A stretch of 63,765 nucleotides of DNA, counting the filler, from Ministeria vibrans ATCC 50519 (lineage: Eukaryota; Protista; Filasterea), in the NCBI GenBank assembly GCA_943704425.1. It is 5 parts of 5 records of this genome, joined end to end, with 100 filler letters (N's around TTAATTAATTAA, not from the genome) between each part and the next. Parts side by side here need not be neighbours in the genome. Positions count along the whole stretch, not along the records: positions 26,949 to 49,962 come from CALSCP010000986.1; 4 more parts are not named here. One strand, given 5' to 3'. Under the pieces are notes generated by a model. That model saw only the letters and a list, made by a program, of their open reading frames with translations. It did no database searches and was not told the origin of the DNA. Numbering within the stretch: the stretch's first letter is position 1; each line of letters opens with the position of its first letter. The translations under genes and the position numbers were made by a program. Below are positions 27,682 to 40,080 of the stretch, one piece after another.

Positions 27682-29321
27682 TTAAATCTCATACTTCTTG
27701 GGGACCATCGAGTCTGGGGGCTGGGGCACGACCTCCTTCGCGCCCACTTCATTCCAATTGGTCGACAGCACAGTCCCGTTGCTCTGCTGAAACGACTGCA
27801 ACGACAAAAATGGACGTGAGCGTGTGCTTAGTGTGCGTGTGTGATGTATTACCTTGTTCATCGCCCTCTTGGTCTCGTCACTGGCGTTCTTGTAGATGTC
27901 CTGGAAGAGCTTGTTGAGTGCCGCATCGCCCTCGAGCTTCTCACTGGCCTCCTGTTCCTCCACTTCCTAACAGCCACAAAAAAGCAGTCAGAACAACACA
28001 CGCACACAACAGTGTGCAACACAAGTACCTTTGCGAGTTTATCCCAGTCCTTGGCCTTGGCACCACTAGTAGCACTAGCACTGCCACTTGTGCCTGTCGC
28101 AGTCGTCGTCGAGGGAGTGGGAAGAGCACTGGCAGTGGGTCCGTCCGTCGAAGCCATTGAAATTGGCGGATGTGTTGCTTCTCCGCTCAGCGCGCTCCAC
28201 CGAATTCCTTTATCTATTCATTCCATCATAAATCATCTCTCTCTCTAAAATGTTCTGCTTTTTGTTCTTTTTCTTTTTTCTACCTGTTTTCTCTAGTTTG
28301 ATTTCGACTTTGGTTGTGAGTACACGAGTCACTGTCTGCTCAGGAACAATACAGCCTTGAAGATCAAGATCAAGCGCAAATGTGTGCCCCGAACCCAAGT
28401 CAATTGACACAGAAAGCTAGAGAGCAAAATAAAATTACTACGTCTTTCTCTCACTCACTCTCTTTCTCCGTTATACTGATTTGCTGTGAGATTCGACTGT
28501 CACTGCATCTTTGGTCAGCTTCTTAATGAGAATGGTCACCACTACGGCGCTCTCTGTCTGGTACCAATCGTATCTATAAAGAATTCGTAGGGTCAAGACG
28601 TGCCTTTTCGTCTGCGCAACTCCTCACTTGATTTTGGGCTTTTTAGCGGCGTGGCAGCGCTGCACCCAATCCGTAAGTTCCTACCCGACAGAAAGCACAA
28701 CAATATATTTTAGATGATGATTGGAAAGTTCTGTGGTCCGGTACAGTTTTGTCGTCGGTGAGCGTTAGTGCGGCGCTGAAGGCCACGCAAGCCTCGTCAA
28801 ACCTGCCCTGGTGAAACAGACTGGATCTGGGACGGAAGAAGAAGCACACTCTCAGTCATCGTGGAGGGAGTAATGCTTTACAATGGTGCAGTGGTACCCT
28901 TTCAGCGTGCCCGCCTTCACATTGGCTGCGTCTGCGTCGAGAGCGGCCGTGGCGTCCAAGCCGCACTCTGTCGGACAAAACCCCTTTTGATGAGCACACA
29001 CGCGCACAAAACGAACGACGACGGCGTCAGCTGCCCTCACCTGCATGTTTCCCAAGACCCTCGTACGCAGTGGCGCGCTGGACCAGGAGCGTCGCATTGG
29101 AAGGATCTCCTTTGAGTTGTTCCGTCGCCAATTGCACTGTTGGAAGTTGCGAGAAAAACACACATTCGACTCATTTGCGCCATTGGGACTTGCCACAGAA
29201 ACAACACAAGCAGGCCAGAGACGGCGATATCAAGCGGGACGCACGAGGACACGACACAGGCGCGCGAGACAGCCTTACCCGCTTCACTCCACTTGTGCTC
29301 TTTGATCGCCTGTTCAACCAT
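27682..29321 (-). CDS. SGT1: SGT1 co-chaperone (TPR-CS-SGS)
   Basis: RYDWYQT CS start, [53 protein letters not shown]. Confidence 0.93.
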
Positions 29322-29534
29322 TCTGTGTCTGCCTGTCTACGTCCCACTGTCACCGTGTCAAGTCACGCAAGTATCAACAGCAAGAGTCAAGTCACAACTC
29401 ACAAGTGCAAGTAAGTGTTGAAGTGTCAACTGTCAACTTGCGAGGAGAGAGTGAATAAAAAAATGATGAAATTTGATGAATTATTTGAGATTTGAGATTT
29501 CTTATTATTCAATTATCAATATTTTTTCTCAAAA

Positions 29535-30382
29535 ATGCCTGGCAACCAGTCTGAAACTGCCGATCCTGTGGTTCATTCGACTTACTACACTCCAAGTGAA
29601 ATAGCGGAGCACTCAACGTACTGCTCTTCGGTTTGTGTTTATTTTCTCAAACGATCTATAGAACGGATGATTTGTGGCTATCTTACCTTGGGCGTGTGGT
29701 CAACTTGACGCCACTTGCGCATGCACACCGCGGTACGATGACGATGACGATGAGCATATCATCGGTATTCTTTGGTTGCCTTGGAAACGTAAACGACGTT
29801 TACTTTTCCTGGTAGGAAGCGTCTTGCTACAGCCCATTCAGAGCATGGGCGGCAAAGACATTTCGCATTGGTTTGATGCAAAGACCGGTGACGTAAGAAA
29901 GACACGCCAGACACACTCCGAATTGTTATTCATAATTTGTTTAAGATTCGAACTTGCATCAGCAAAACGACGGGCTGTCGAGTACCTTTCTGTCCACAAG
30001 GAAGGTACATTGGTGTGCCAATAAGTGATCCTTCAACAGGTGAGGATACAAATCAAAGAGGGAGAGGGAGAGAGATAGATAGATAGAAAGAGAGAGGGAG
30101 AGAGAGATAATAATAATAATAATTAATTAATTAATTATTATTTTAGACAGTCCAACGGAGGACCAACTCCCGTGGTGGAAAAACGACGTGTACTTTGTGG
30201 GCAAGGTGACCACACGACCACTGAAAATTCGCGTGATCAACACAACAGCATCGGTCGAGCACACTCTTGAGTGTTGCATCGAAGAGACTCTCAATGAGAT
30301 TCTCTTTCGATACCTAAAGTATAACAGTCACGCACGCAGCTACACATGGTAAAAGAAAGTAATTAGCAAGAAGAGAGAAAAT

Positions 30383-30461
<79 letters not shown>

Positions 30462-30480
30462 GGGAGAAAGAAACAAAGTA

Positions 30481-30528
<48 letters not shown>

Positions 30529-30547
30529 GGGAGAAAGAAACAAAGTA

Positions 30548-30587
<40 letters not shown>

Positions 30588-30971
30588 GGGAGAAAGAAAC
30601 AAAGTAATAGAGAGAGAGAGAGAGAATGGACGAAGAAGAAACTTCGAAGAAACAAAGTGGAAAAAAACCTCGAAAAACAAAGAGGAGATAGAACAAAGTG
30701 ATTGATTGAACGAAGGGGAGAGAGATTCACGCGAACAACTGCTTGTGCGTAGGAAATTTCACAGAAGAAAGCTGGACATGACAAAGACACTGACAGAGAA
30801 TGATGTTGACGAAAACACAGAGCAATTTGAGCGACATGGTCAGAAAGAATGATAAATATAAGTATAATTATTGATGTAAATAAAAATTTATTGTACATGA
30901 TAGGAATCGACAGCGACAAGTGGATTCCGGCATTGCACGTTTATTTCAACGATGACCTCACAGCGGAATGA
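29535..30971 (+). CDS. CYB5D1: Cytochrome b5 domain-containing protein 1 (radial spoke FAP198)
   Basis: YYTPSEIAEH, DLWLSYLGRVVNLTPL, GGKDISHWFD, PWWKND, EETLNEILFRYLKYNSHARSYTW, PALHVYFNDDLT. Confidence 0.9.
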
Positions 30972-31010
30972 ATTGAAGAGAAGAAAAAGTACAATTCAGT
31001 TATTGACAGT

Positions 31011-33096
31011 TTATGGAGAAGAACAAGTGCCCCAGACGGGCAGACGAGACGCCGGAAGGAGAGTGGCGTCGGTGGCAAAGTCTTGAGGAAGAGAGGGCAC
31101 GAGAGGAACGCACCAAGAGGAAAGAGACTGGGAAAAGGAGACGGCAAGGTGGAAGAGAGAGCGAAGGCCTGCAGTGGGAACATTGGGAGTGCGCCAGGTG
31201 GACACATCACCATTGAAGGTAGTGGCACGGAAAAACATGAAGGACAGGTCAGTGGCCGCAGAGACATTCCATGAGCTGAGCGGCTGATTGAACATCTGAG
31301 CGTCCTGGAACATATTTGCAAAGTTGGTTCCGCGCGACACATCAAAACCCGTCAGATTCGCATTGAATTTCGAGTTGTAGAACATCAGAGAGAAGTCGGC
31401 GCACTCGTGTGTCGCCCAGTCATTCATCGGCTGAGAATACGCACCAGTGCTATCAAACATCTGTCGTACTGTTTCAACGCGAACGGGTCGCCAGTGTACA
31501 AGAGACTGATTGAACAACGGACACTGATAAAACATTTGGCGCATCGTCGTCACTTGCTCCACATTCCAATTTCCAATTGGTTGATTAAACTCCCTGCCAT
31601 TTAACAATAATAATAAAAAACAATATAAATAATATTAATATTATTGATATTATTATTGAGATAGTTGTTCTTGATTTGTTGTGTACAGTGCGTTGTTGAA
31701 TGTGTAGTCCATTTGTTCGACATTCGACGTGTCCCAATGGCCAATAATTCCATTGAATTTTCGCGCAGAAGAGAACATTGAACCGAAATTGGTCACCTGA
31801 AATGCACCCAACAAAACTTTTATTGAGTCACTTGGAATTTCAAGTCTTACTTTTGAGGTGTCAAATGAACTGATATTCCCATTAAATGCATAAGCTTGTT
31901 GGAACATTTGGCTCATATCGTTCACAGAAGAAGTCTAAAAAATGAAGGATTAGTACGTTTTCAATGGAAGTCGATAGGATTGTCTCGTACGTTCCATTGG
32001 GAAAGATCCTGATTGAACAGGCGAGCGTCGTAGAACATTTGTGCCATAGTGGTCACCTGAGTGTGCGTGTGTGAGAGAGAAAAAAGAAAAAGAAAAAACG
32101 ATGATCGCACACCTTTGAGACGTCCCATGCGTCGAGAGGCTGGTTGAAGAGACGCGCGGCGTAAAATGCACTTTTGAGAGACAGTGCTCCGGTTATGTCC
32201 CAGTTGTTGAGATTGCCCTGTGAACCAATGCTTGTGCCGCGGAAGAGCTCGTCAAAGTCCGTGACGTCGCGCAGGTCTGGGGAGTCTGTGGTGCGGAGGG
32301 TCATGAAGGAGAGATTTTTGAATTTGCCTTTGGCGTTGCCCATGCGAAAGCTGCCCCACTGTGTGATGGCAGTGAGTTTGTTGCGCTGGGCGGCGGTCAG
32401 GGTGGAGAGGGGCAGGCCGTTGATGATGCCTGTCATGCTGACTGTGTAGGTCCCTGTGCTCGCGTATTGGTGTGTGAGGGGGCTGGCAAGCGGTGAAGTG
32501 ACGTGCTCGGAGGCGGCACCATCGCCCCACGTAACGGTGAAGTTGTAGGCGTTGGAGGGGAACAGAGGAATGGAAATGTCACGAGAGGAGCTGCTGGACA
32601 GAGTCCATTCCATGACAAACGGCACGTAGCCACTGCAGTCTGCCCCGGTGTACTGGCTGAGACACGCACAGGTGTACGAAGTGCCCGCTGCCCCGGTGCA
32701 CGTGCCGCCATTGGCACAGGGCGACGAGAGACACGCGTCGTACTGGCAGGAGTGAGTGCCGTATGCATCGTGGCAGACTTCGCTGGCGCTGCACGGCGAA
32801 GAGGCACACGGCCGATTCACAAACGCCCCAAAATCAAGCAGCGTCTGCAGCAAATCAAACTTCTCGGCGACGCGCGTCACCGAGTCGGCCAGCGAGCTCG
32901 CCAGCGACTGCTTGAGCGTCGTCAGCTCCGCGACCACCGCCACGCCGCCCACCACCACCGCACCGTGCGCCGCGCTGTCCAGGTGCAGGTTGCCATCTTG
33001 AGAGCGCACGCGCGGCCCCGGCGGCGTGGGGGTCGTCGCGTGGGAGGCAGAGGCGAGTGCGAGCGCAACGACGATCAACAGGTTCTTGTTGATCAT
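31011..33096 (-). CDS. Secreted chimera: cubilin-N-like coiled coil + 2 EGF + PKD-like + BspA/DUF285 repeats
   Basis: Signal peptide; PRVRSQDGNLHL; CLSSPCANGGTC..YTCAC..YTGADC; FTVTWGDG..THQYASTGTYTV; multiple FNQPxxxWDVSxVTxMxxMF repeats; SWCV...PVWGTC end. Confidence 0.85.
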
Positions 33097-33818
33097 CGAA
33101 CAGAGAAAAAAAAAAAAAAAAAAAAAAAAAGAATCGCCGTGGCGTTGGCCACGAAAAGGAAGTCTACGGCCTCTGTGAGAGTCTGCTATTCAGGAGTATC
33201 GACCGAACGGCGAAGGACTGTTGATTATTTTGTGAACACGAGACGAAAAAAGTTTGTATAATAATTTTGGGCTCTGCGGTCGGACACGCCTCAATGCTGG
33301 ATCTACAAAGTACAGAGGAGTTAGGATGTATCAAAAAACCCGCCGAATGGCATGCGAACAGTCGCGATCGCCGACAAAGTTTGAGTTTTGGCAGATTTGA
33401 TGAGATTGTTCTTGCAAGAAATATAGGAAGCTTGAGTTACACGTGGGGGTGTTCGTGTCTCAGCTGTTGGAGTAGATTTGCGTAGAGGGGGTTGTGGGGC
33501 AGGGGGCGGTGGGTGGGTGGCGGTGGGGGGTTTCCTTACTCTAGGATGAAAAAAAAGTGATCAAGATTCGAGAATTATTCGAGATCGGATATTCGATCAA
33601 TGAAACTCGAAAGTGATCGAATTAATATAATAATTATTCAATATTCATTGCTCGAAAACCAAAAAAATAACTTACCAACTCAAAAGTAAAATTCGGTATA
33701 ACAAAACGTATCGCTGAGTATTCATATGAGTACATCAATTTCAAATTTGTTGATCAATGATCATTTAAGTTGACCTTTTCACTCTTCCGTCTCTTCGGAA
33801 CTATTTTGAACTTTCACT

Positions 33819-35211
33819 TTACAGGGCACTTGAGAGAAGAGAAAGACTTGCTCCAATGCGAGAAATGTCATCCATATCCGTCAGATTCTTAGGCGTTCCA
33901 CCAATGCAAAAAAGAATCTTTTCGCCCCCCATTTGTGAGGGATAGTTTGCCGGCAATTTATCCGCAGTCAACTTTTGTCCTTGTGCACTCGTGTAGTACA
34001 ACACAAGCGCCGCAGGACCACTGCCAGCCTCTGCAAACAAAGAAAAACCATACGTTTGAACATTCCTTTTTGTTTCGTTGTCTGACTTGTGTAGCTTTGA
34101 GCCCTTTCGAGTGTGGCAGTGTGGAGTGATTCACCAAAATTAATGCGCGTGTCCATTCGATACTAAAACGAGCGATTTAATGTCTTGTGTCCCTGCATCT
34201 TGTTTTTTCGTACCAGATAAAGAGCCGCCAAGTAATCGTTTCGAAGTGTCTAATAAAAACAAAGCGGTGCAATGCAGGCAAATATGAACAAATCGTAGTG
34301 GTGTTCGGTTTGGTTTGCTTCTGTTGTACCTCCAACGCGAAATCTCCACCGACACAATCAAACTCGACGGAGAAAATAGTGTCCTGTGGAGCAGTCAACA
34401 GAGGACCAAGAGTATTTTTGAAGGTCTCAATGACGTTATTGTCCAGGTTGCCTCGCACAACAATCAAAATGTGGGCGACAACCTGCAATTTCATGCAAAA
34501 TCAAAACGTAAATTCAGCGTTTTAGTCCACTGCAACTTACTTGTCTTGGGGGAGGGGGCACAGAAACGGTGACGGGTGGCGCTGGGAAGTACGTATAAGA
34601 CTGTAGTTGTTCGGTCGGACTTGTCTGCTCTCTTGGAAGCTGTTCTATTGCCGTAGCAATGGATCCTCGCGCTTGAAGGAACCTCTACAGTTACAGAAAG
34701 GTGGAATTTCAAGTTGGACAGAAGTGGAAAAAAAAATGCCTGTGGGGGAGTGTGTAACGCACCGGAACACACGAGGCAAGAATGGAGTCGATTTCACGGA
34801 GACGCTGGTGAGTGCTTGTCGGGATCGGTGCAGAATTCGAAGTTGAAGCGGACATTGCGAGCAGATCCAAAGACAGTCGTTGGCACTCCTTGACCCGCCG
34901 CAGGGTGTCCGCAACCTGGAGAGGAAAGAAGTGTTGGACAGTGCGTCATGGAGAGTGTCAATGGTGCGTTCTACGTCGCTCATGTCCGACAAGATCAGCA
35001 AATGAAGTTGTCAGCACCTCTCGCTCTAAGCAGCGCAGCTTGTAGTCACCGCTACCATAGGTTGTCGATGATGACATTCCCAAATTTCCCATTCTATTGT
35101 GCCTGATTGATGGAGGCGAGAGAGAGAGGAACAGAGAAAAAATNNNNNNNNGCGCAGCTTGTAGTCACCGCTACCATAGGTTGTCGATGATGACATTCCC
35201 AAATTTCCCAT
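33819..35211 (-). CDS. Hypothetical multi-exon protein, possibly N-myristoylated (MGNLGMS)
   Basis: Chain of minus-strand exons with GT-AG boundaries. No family recognised. Confidence 0.45.
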
Positions 35212-35607
35212 TCTATTGTGCCTGATTGATGGAGGCGAGAGAGAGAGGAACAGAGAAAAAATTAACTTTTTAGTTTTCTGCAGTTGATCTCGACCGAAGT
35301 CGGATGGAGATGATCAATAAAATTCTTTTTCTTCAATTAGTAGAGTGGTTTGTTTAGTGTACCATGGTTGATAATGTCATACATTAATCCTTATCGAACG
35401 ATTGAATCTGAGTGACCATAAGTCGAGGGGAAAATATTGAAAAGGGTATTGGATTTGGATTAATTTTGATTCTACGCGCTGTAATGAGGGGGTTTCTTTT
35501 TAATTTCATCACATCCAGCATTTACTTATGCCTTTACTTCTTTCTTTTGATCAATACTATTATTATTATTGTTTTTTCGTTCTGGGTTTCTGTTTTCAAT
35601 TTCAACT

Positions 35608-37067
35608 TTAAAAAAAACCCGCAACAAAGCCTTTCTCCTTGGCCTCGTAAGGAGGAGGGGCGCTACTGGACGATGAGCTGGGAATCGTGCGACGTCCCTT
35701 TTGGATCTCTCGATCGAGTGAGTCCTCTGCCGCACAGAGCGCCTTGAGCAGAGCAAAGAGTGCGTGTCCCTCCAGCGAATAGTGTCGACCAATCTCCTCT
35801 CGATAGTTCACCAATGGAAAAACCTAGAGAAAATTCAAAATAAGTCTTTTAAAAGAATACTTTGCCATGGATTACTCCCTAGCACTCTTCTCTCTTACTT
35901 GTGACGGGGCAAATCCCGATTTTTCCGCCACGACTTGGCGCGCCTGCGAAATTTGTTCGCTTGTCCACATTGAAGCGGGCGCAACGCGGACAGTCTCGTC
36001 AAGTTTGTCCACTTGACTCAGTACCACAATGGCTGGAACGCCTAGACAGCAATAATAATAATAACAATATTATTATTATTAATAACATATATTTTTATAG
36101 TAATATTTTTTGCGTATACTTACGGTGCTCTCGCGCTGCCGATACAAAAACTTTCATTCGTGAGTAGTACTCGTCGTTGTCGTATGCATTTGCCGGCTGA
36201 AAAAAAAGGTGTACACCGATGGTTAAATGAGTTGTTTGTACGTGTGCGCGTGCGACTCACCACAAGGAACATGATGGCATGGATGCGACGCGTCTCTGGA
36301 GCTTGCGAGAGATGTTCCGATCTCACGACCGTGTGCGTGCACTCCCAATCTTCGGGAAGGCGTCCTTCCAAAATGAACTGAAATTGACCTACATTATAGT
36401 GTAATAGGCTTAGAAAGAAAGTGGTTCTGAGCTGCTTGCGCTGTAGCTGATTGAAAAGAGGAAGAAGAACACCCCTCCATGTAATATTATACTGTGTTCT
36501 TTTCTTCGATTAAACAATAACATAATACACTATCTCGTCTTGCCAAGGATATCACGAGATCTTATCATCCACTTACCTCCTTCATAGTTCTCGGCGGACC
36601 AGCCCCAGCTGTCGAAAAGGCGGATATTCTCCGTCAGCGGATAGCTTTCGTACGTGCGGGTGACACCTTCGCCTGCCGCGTCGCCTGCCGCTTTTGCAAT
36701 GTGACGGTAGCCTCGACGACCATCGTCCTCTTGCAGCGCAGTAAACAGCGTGTTCACCGTGCTCGACTGGAAAACGGAGTTTTATCTTGTCGATTATGAA
36801 CGACACCTCAAAGACACACACGTCGTCTACCTTTCCCGCACCAAACGAGCCAAACAGAAGAATGTTCATGCTTCCTCCCTCCACGCCGCACTTGCGGGAG
36901 CAAGAGCTTGCAAACGAATGGATCTCTTGGGGGGTCGCGACATACGGAAGAGCTTTCGCTTCATCGTGGTCGCCACAGGACGCCCAGTCGTCGTCGTCGT
37001 TTCCGCTGGTCGCTTCTGCGCTGCCTTTGTGCTTTGGTGTCCGGACTCTTTGCTTAGCGTGGGACAT
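35608..37067 (-). CDS. IFI44-like P-loop GTPase, GTPase domain only (6 exons)
   Basis: NILLFGSFGAGKSSTVNT (G1), VTRTYESY, LFDSWG (G3), FILEGRLPEDW, RRIHAIMFLV, VVLSQVD (G4), KSGFAPSQVFPLVNY, ALLKALCAAEDSL; all collinear with IFI44/IFI44L. Confidence 0.82.
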
Positions 37068-37443
37068 TTGAATACGAGAAGTAAGAAAATTAAATGAATC
37101 CGAATGACTCAAACTGAGAGCCAGACGGACGGAAAAAAAATGTGGAGTTGACGAGGACCAAAAACGGTCATGTCCAATTCTCACGCTTTGGACGCCTGAG
37201 AGAACACCTCGCTACAAGACAGGAGGTCTATAAGGGTTTCATAGTTGGCCTCACCGAACTAGCTGAATGGAAACCGCCCTTTCGGAGCTCTACCGGGTAA
37301 AACAAACGAATTCTTGGCGAAAAAAAATTAAAGTCAACTACTGTTTTTTCCGTCCTTATAAAATTCAATCTGTACTCTCTCCCCTAGTCACTTTTCTTCT
37401 TCTTTTCCTCATAACTTGTTAGTTACCACTTCCCACCACCTTC

Positions 37444-38798
37444 ATGAGCAAAGCGACGACGGATACCTGCGTGGACGAAACGCAACTTGAGGTGCAAGGC
37501 AATGGATCGTTTCAGGCCACGCTCACGGTCCACGGACTGGCGAAGAAGCCCGATGGCTTTGAGATCGGGGTCTTAAGCCACACGACAGGGCAGCAGTGGG
37601 TGCAAAAGTTCACCGTATCTCAGCTGCAAAAGGTTTGCGCACTTTGTAGTTTGCAGAGTCGAAGACGGTGCCTTACACTGCTTTTTCCCCTTCGATTAAG
37701 ATATCGTGTGGCGAGCTCAGCGTCTCTCGTCTCGTAAAACTTGCGCGACAAGCTGTCATGTCACCCAGCCAAGTGTCTCATTACGCCTTTTCCTTTATTT
37801 CTGGCAAGGTATACAGTAGCGGCACAAGAGAGGTTGATTTTCCCCCTTTCAATATGGTTCTTCCGTAGAATGTTGACGCATTGACTGCGCCCGAGGGATG
37901 CGAACGCCACCGATCACCAGGTACAAACACACACACATGCAGGGCATGTAGAAGAGCATCTACTCACCCGGGTTTCGTCTTTCCTCCCAGGCAGCGGCGA
38001 TGTCCTCGCCCTCTCCATTGTGGATGGCGACGGCGATGGTGACGAGCAGCGATTCTGGTTCCCGCTGCCGCAAACACGACCTCCCATGTCTACGACGAGT
38101 GCATCAACACCACGCGCATCGAGCAGGGGCTCATGCGCCTCTTGCACAGCGCTTGGTGCCGAAATGAAGCAGNNNNNNNNNNNNNNNNNNNNNNNNNNNN
38201 NNNNNNNNNNNNNNNNNNNNNNNNNNNNNNNNNNNNNNNNNNNNNNNNNNNNNNNNNNNNNNNNNNNNNNNNNNNNNNNNNNNNNNNNNNNNNNNNNNNN
38301 NNNNNNNNNNNNNNNNNNNNNNNNNNNNNNNNNNNNNNNNNNNNNNNNNNNNNNNNNNNNNNNNNNNNNNNNNNNNNNNNNNNNNNNNNNNNNNNTTGAA
38401 TTGTCCGCACGAAGAGGGGGAGCATTTTTGGTAAGGTGTCCGTTTGTTTAGATTATTATTCATTCTAATATCATTGTACAGGTGCGTATACATCCACGTC
38501 GTGGACCAGTTCAGGAGGTTACAAACCGGACCCCAATGCGTTCTTGTTTGCTCTGGGGCCAAAACCAGGGAAGATGACGCGCAGGGGAACGAACCAAGAA
38601 ATGTACGACCATCCGAGCTACGGTCCGAGCTTTGGGGCCAATCAAGACTTGCTCTTGCATCCCAATTGCATGACACAAGCGTCAGCTACCAGCCATGTTG
38701 GCAGCGCATTCGCGCCAATCCCTGAAATTGGTGCACATCTTGACCAAGGCACTCAAGCATTCCAGGTTGATGCCCTTGAGGTGTTCAGTGTCAATTGA
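37444..38798 (+). CDS. TLDc-domain protein with an unassigned N-terminal beta-head; N gap inside
   Basis: GGAFGAYTSTSW..DPNAFLFAL..HPSYGPSFG..DL..FQVDALEVFSV. Confidence 0.82.
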
Positions 38799-39539
38799 AT
38801 ACAATAATCAATAATCTGTGTGAAGAAAAGAGGAACTTTTTGTTTCAAAACAATACTGCTGCTCGTTTATTCGACAGGCGGATTAGAAAGATTGATCAAT
38901 GATCATATATATCTCTGTCAGTTCGAGCTCGTTTTACTACTTGAGACATTCTATAATCTATCTAAGAAGGAAGGACGGGAGGATCGTTTCGCTGGATGTT
39001 TCGCTTTTCGTTCACAATCTATTTTTTTTATTCTATTCAGTCATTAAGTCATTATTAAGTATTACTATTGTTAATTTCACTCAGAGAATAATACATTTTT
39101 CTCTACAAATAATTATTATTGATTTTCCAAAACGCAAAAGTTTAAAAAGGAACTTTTTTTTTACCCACACACACAATAAACAATTTTTTACATAGACTCG
39201 CAGCTTCGATTGTTGCACCGAACGGATATTTGGTTACTAATACGTGTTCAGGAGAAATCACAATGTCTAACCGGTTTCCGGGAATGGTCCGAAATGCGAT
39301 TTCACAGGCAAATCGGTTTGCCTCTTTTGTCCATATTCAACGTAGAGAAAAAAAAGAAGAAGAAACAAAAGAATTTAAGATGTTTTTAGATGCGGCTCCT
39401 GATCATTCGTTGAACCCGTGGGCGCCTGAGATTGGAAACTATTTGACTTGTATTATTGCCAAAATGCACGATTGAATGTATGCAATATCATTACTAGCTA
39501 CAGTATGATAATAATAATTTGAAGAAGAAGAATACAACC

Positions 39540-39582
39540 CATTTATTAATAGATGGGGGATTTTGAATAGAACCCCCATTGG
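39540..39582 (-). repeat. Copy of a MITE-internal motif
   Basis: Reverse complement GGGGTTCTATTCAAAATCCCCCATCTATT matches motifs at 12632-12720. Confidence 0.55.
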
Positions 39583-39711
39583 TTCATAAATACATCCACC
39601 ACAATTCAAAAGAAGAACGCATTGGCTGTTAACTTGTTATGACTCGACTTCATTCTTTTTGTCTTTTCTCTCTCTCTCACACACACACGCACACCCAATT
39701 TCAAAAGAAAG

Positions 39712-40048
39712 TCAGTGCTCCATTGCAACAACCTCCCCTTGGATCTTTTCAACCAAATGCTCTGCAGTAATCAGCCTACGCTGAACAACCGCCAACTGTC
39801 GCTCAAGACCTCTCTTCTCCTTCGTTAACTCGCGCACTTTCCTCTGGCCAGCCTGAAGTAGGTCCTTCTTCTTCGCTAACCTGGCCTTTTCGCGCTCTTC
39901 CTTCTTCCGCTGCTGTTCCGCCGCATCCGCTGCCGTCCGCATCTTCTTCCGTGGGCTTTCACCGTTCTTGGACTTGGCCGCAGCCGTCTCCTCTTCCTCT
40001 TCCTCCTCCTCCTCTTCCTCTTCCTCCTGCTCCTCCTCCTCCTCCTCC

Positions 40049-40080
<32 letters not shown>

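Noticed and set aside
35032-35262. Exact ~110-bp direct repeat
   Set aside because: Identical copies flank an N gap: an assembly overlap artefact.
38820-39480. Short ORFs between the TLDc and GHKL genes
   Set aside because: AT-rich, no recognisable motif; probably decayed fragments that cannot be supported.
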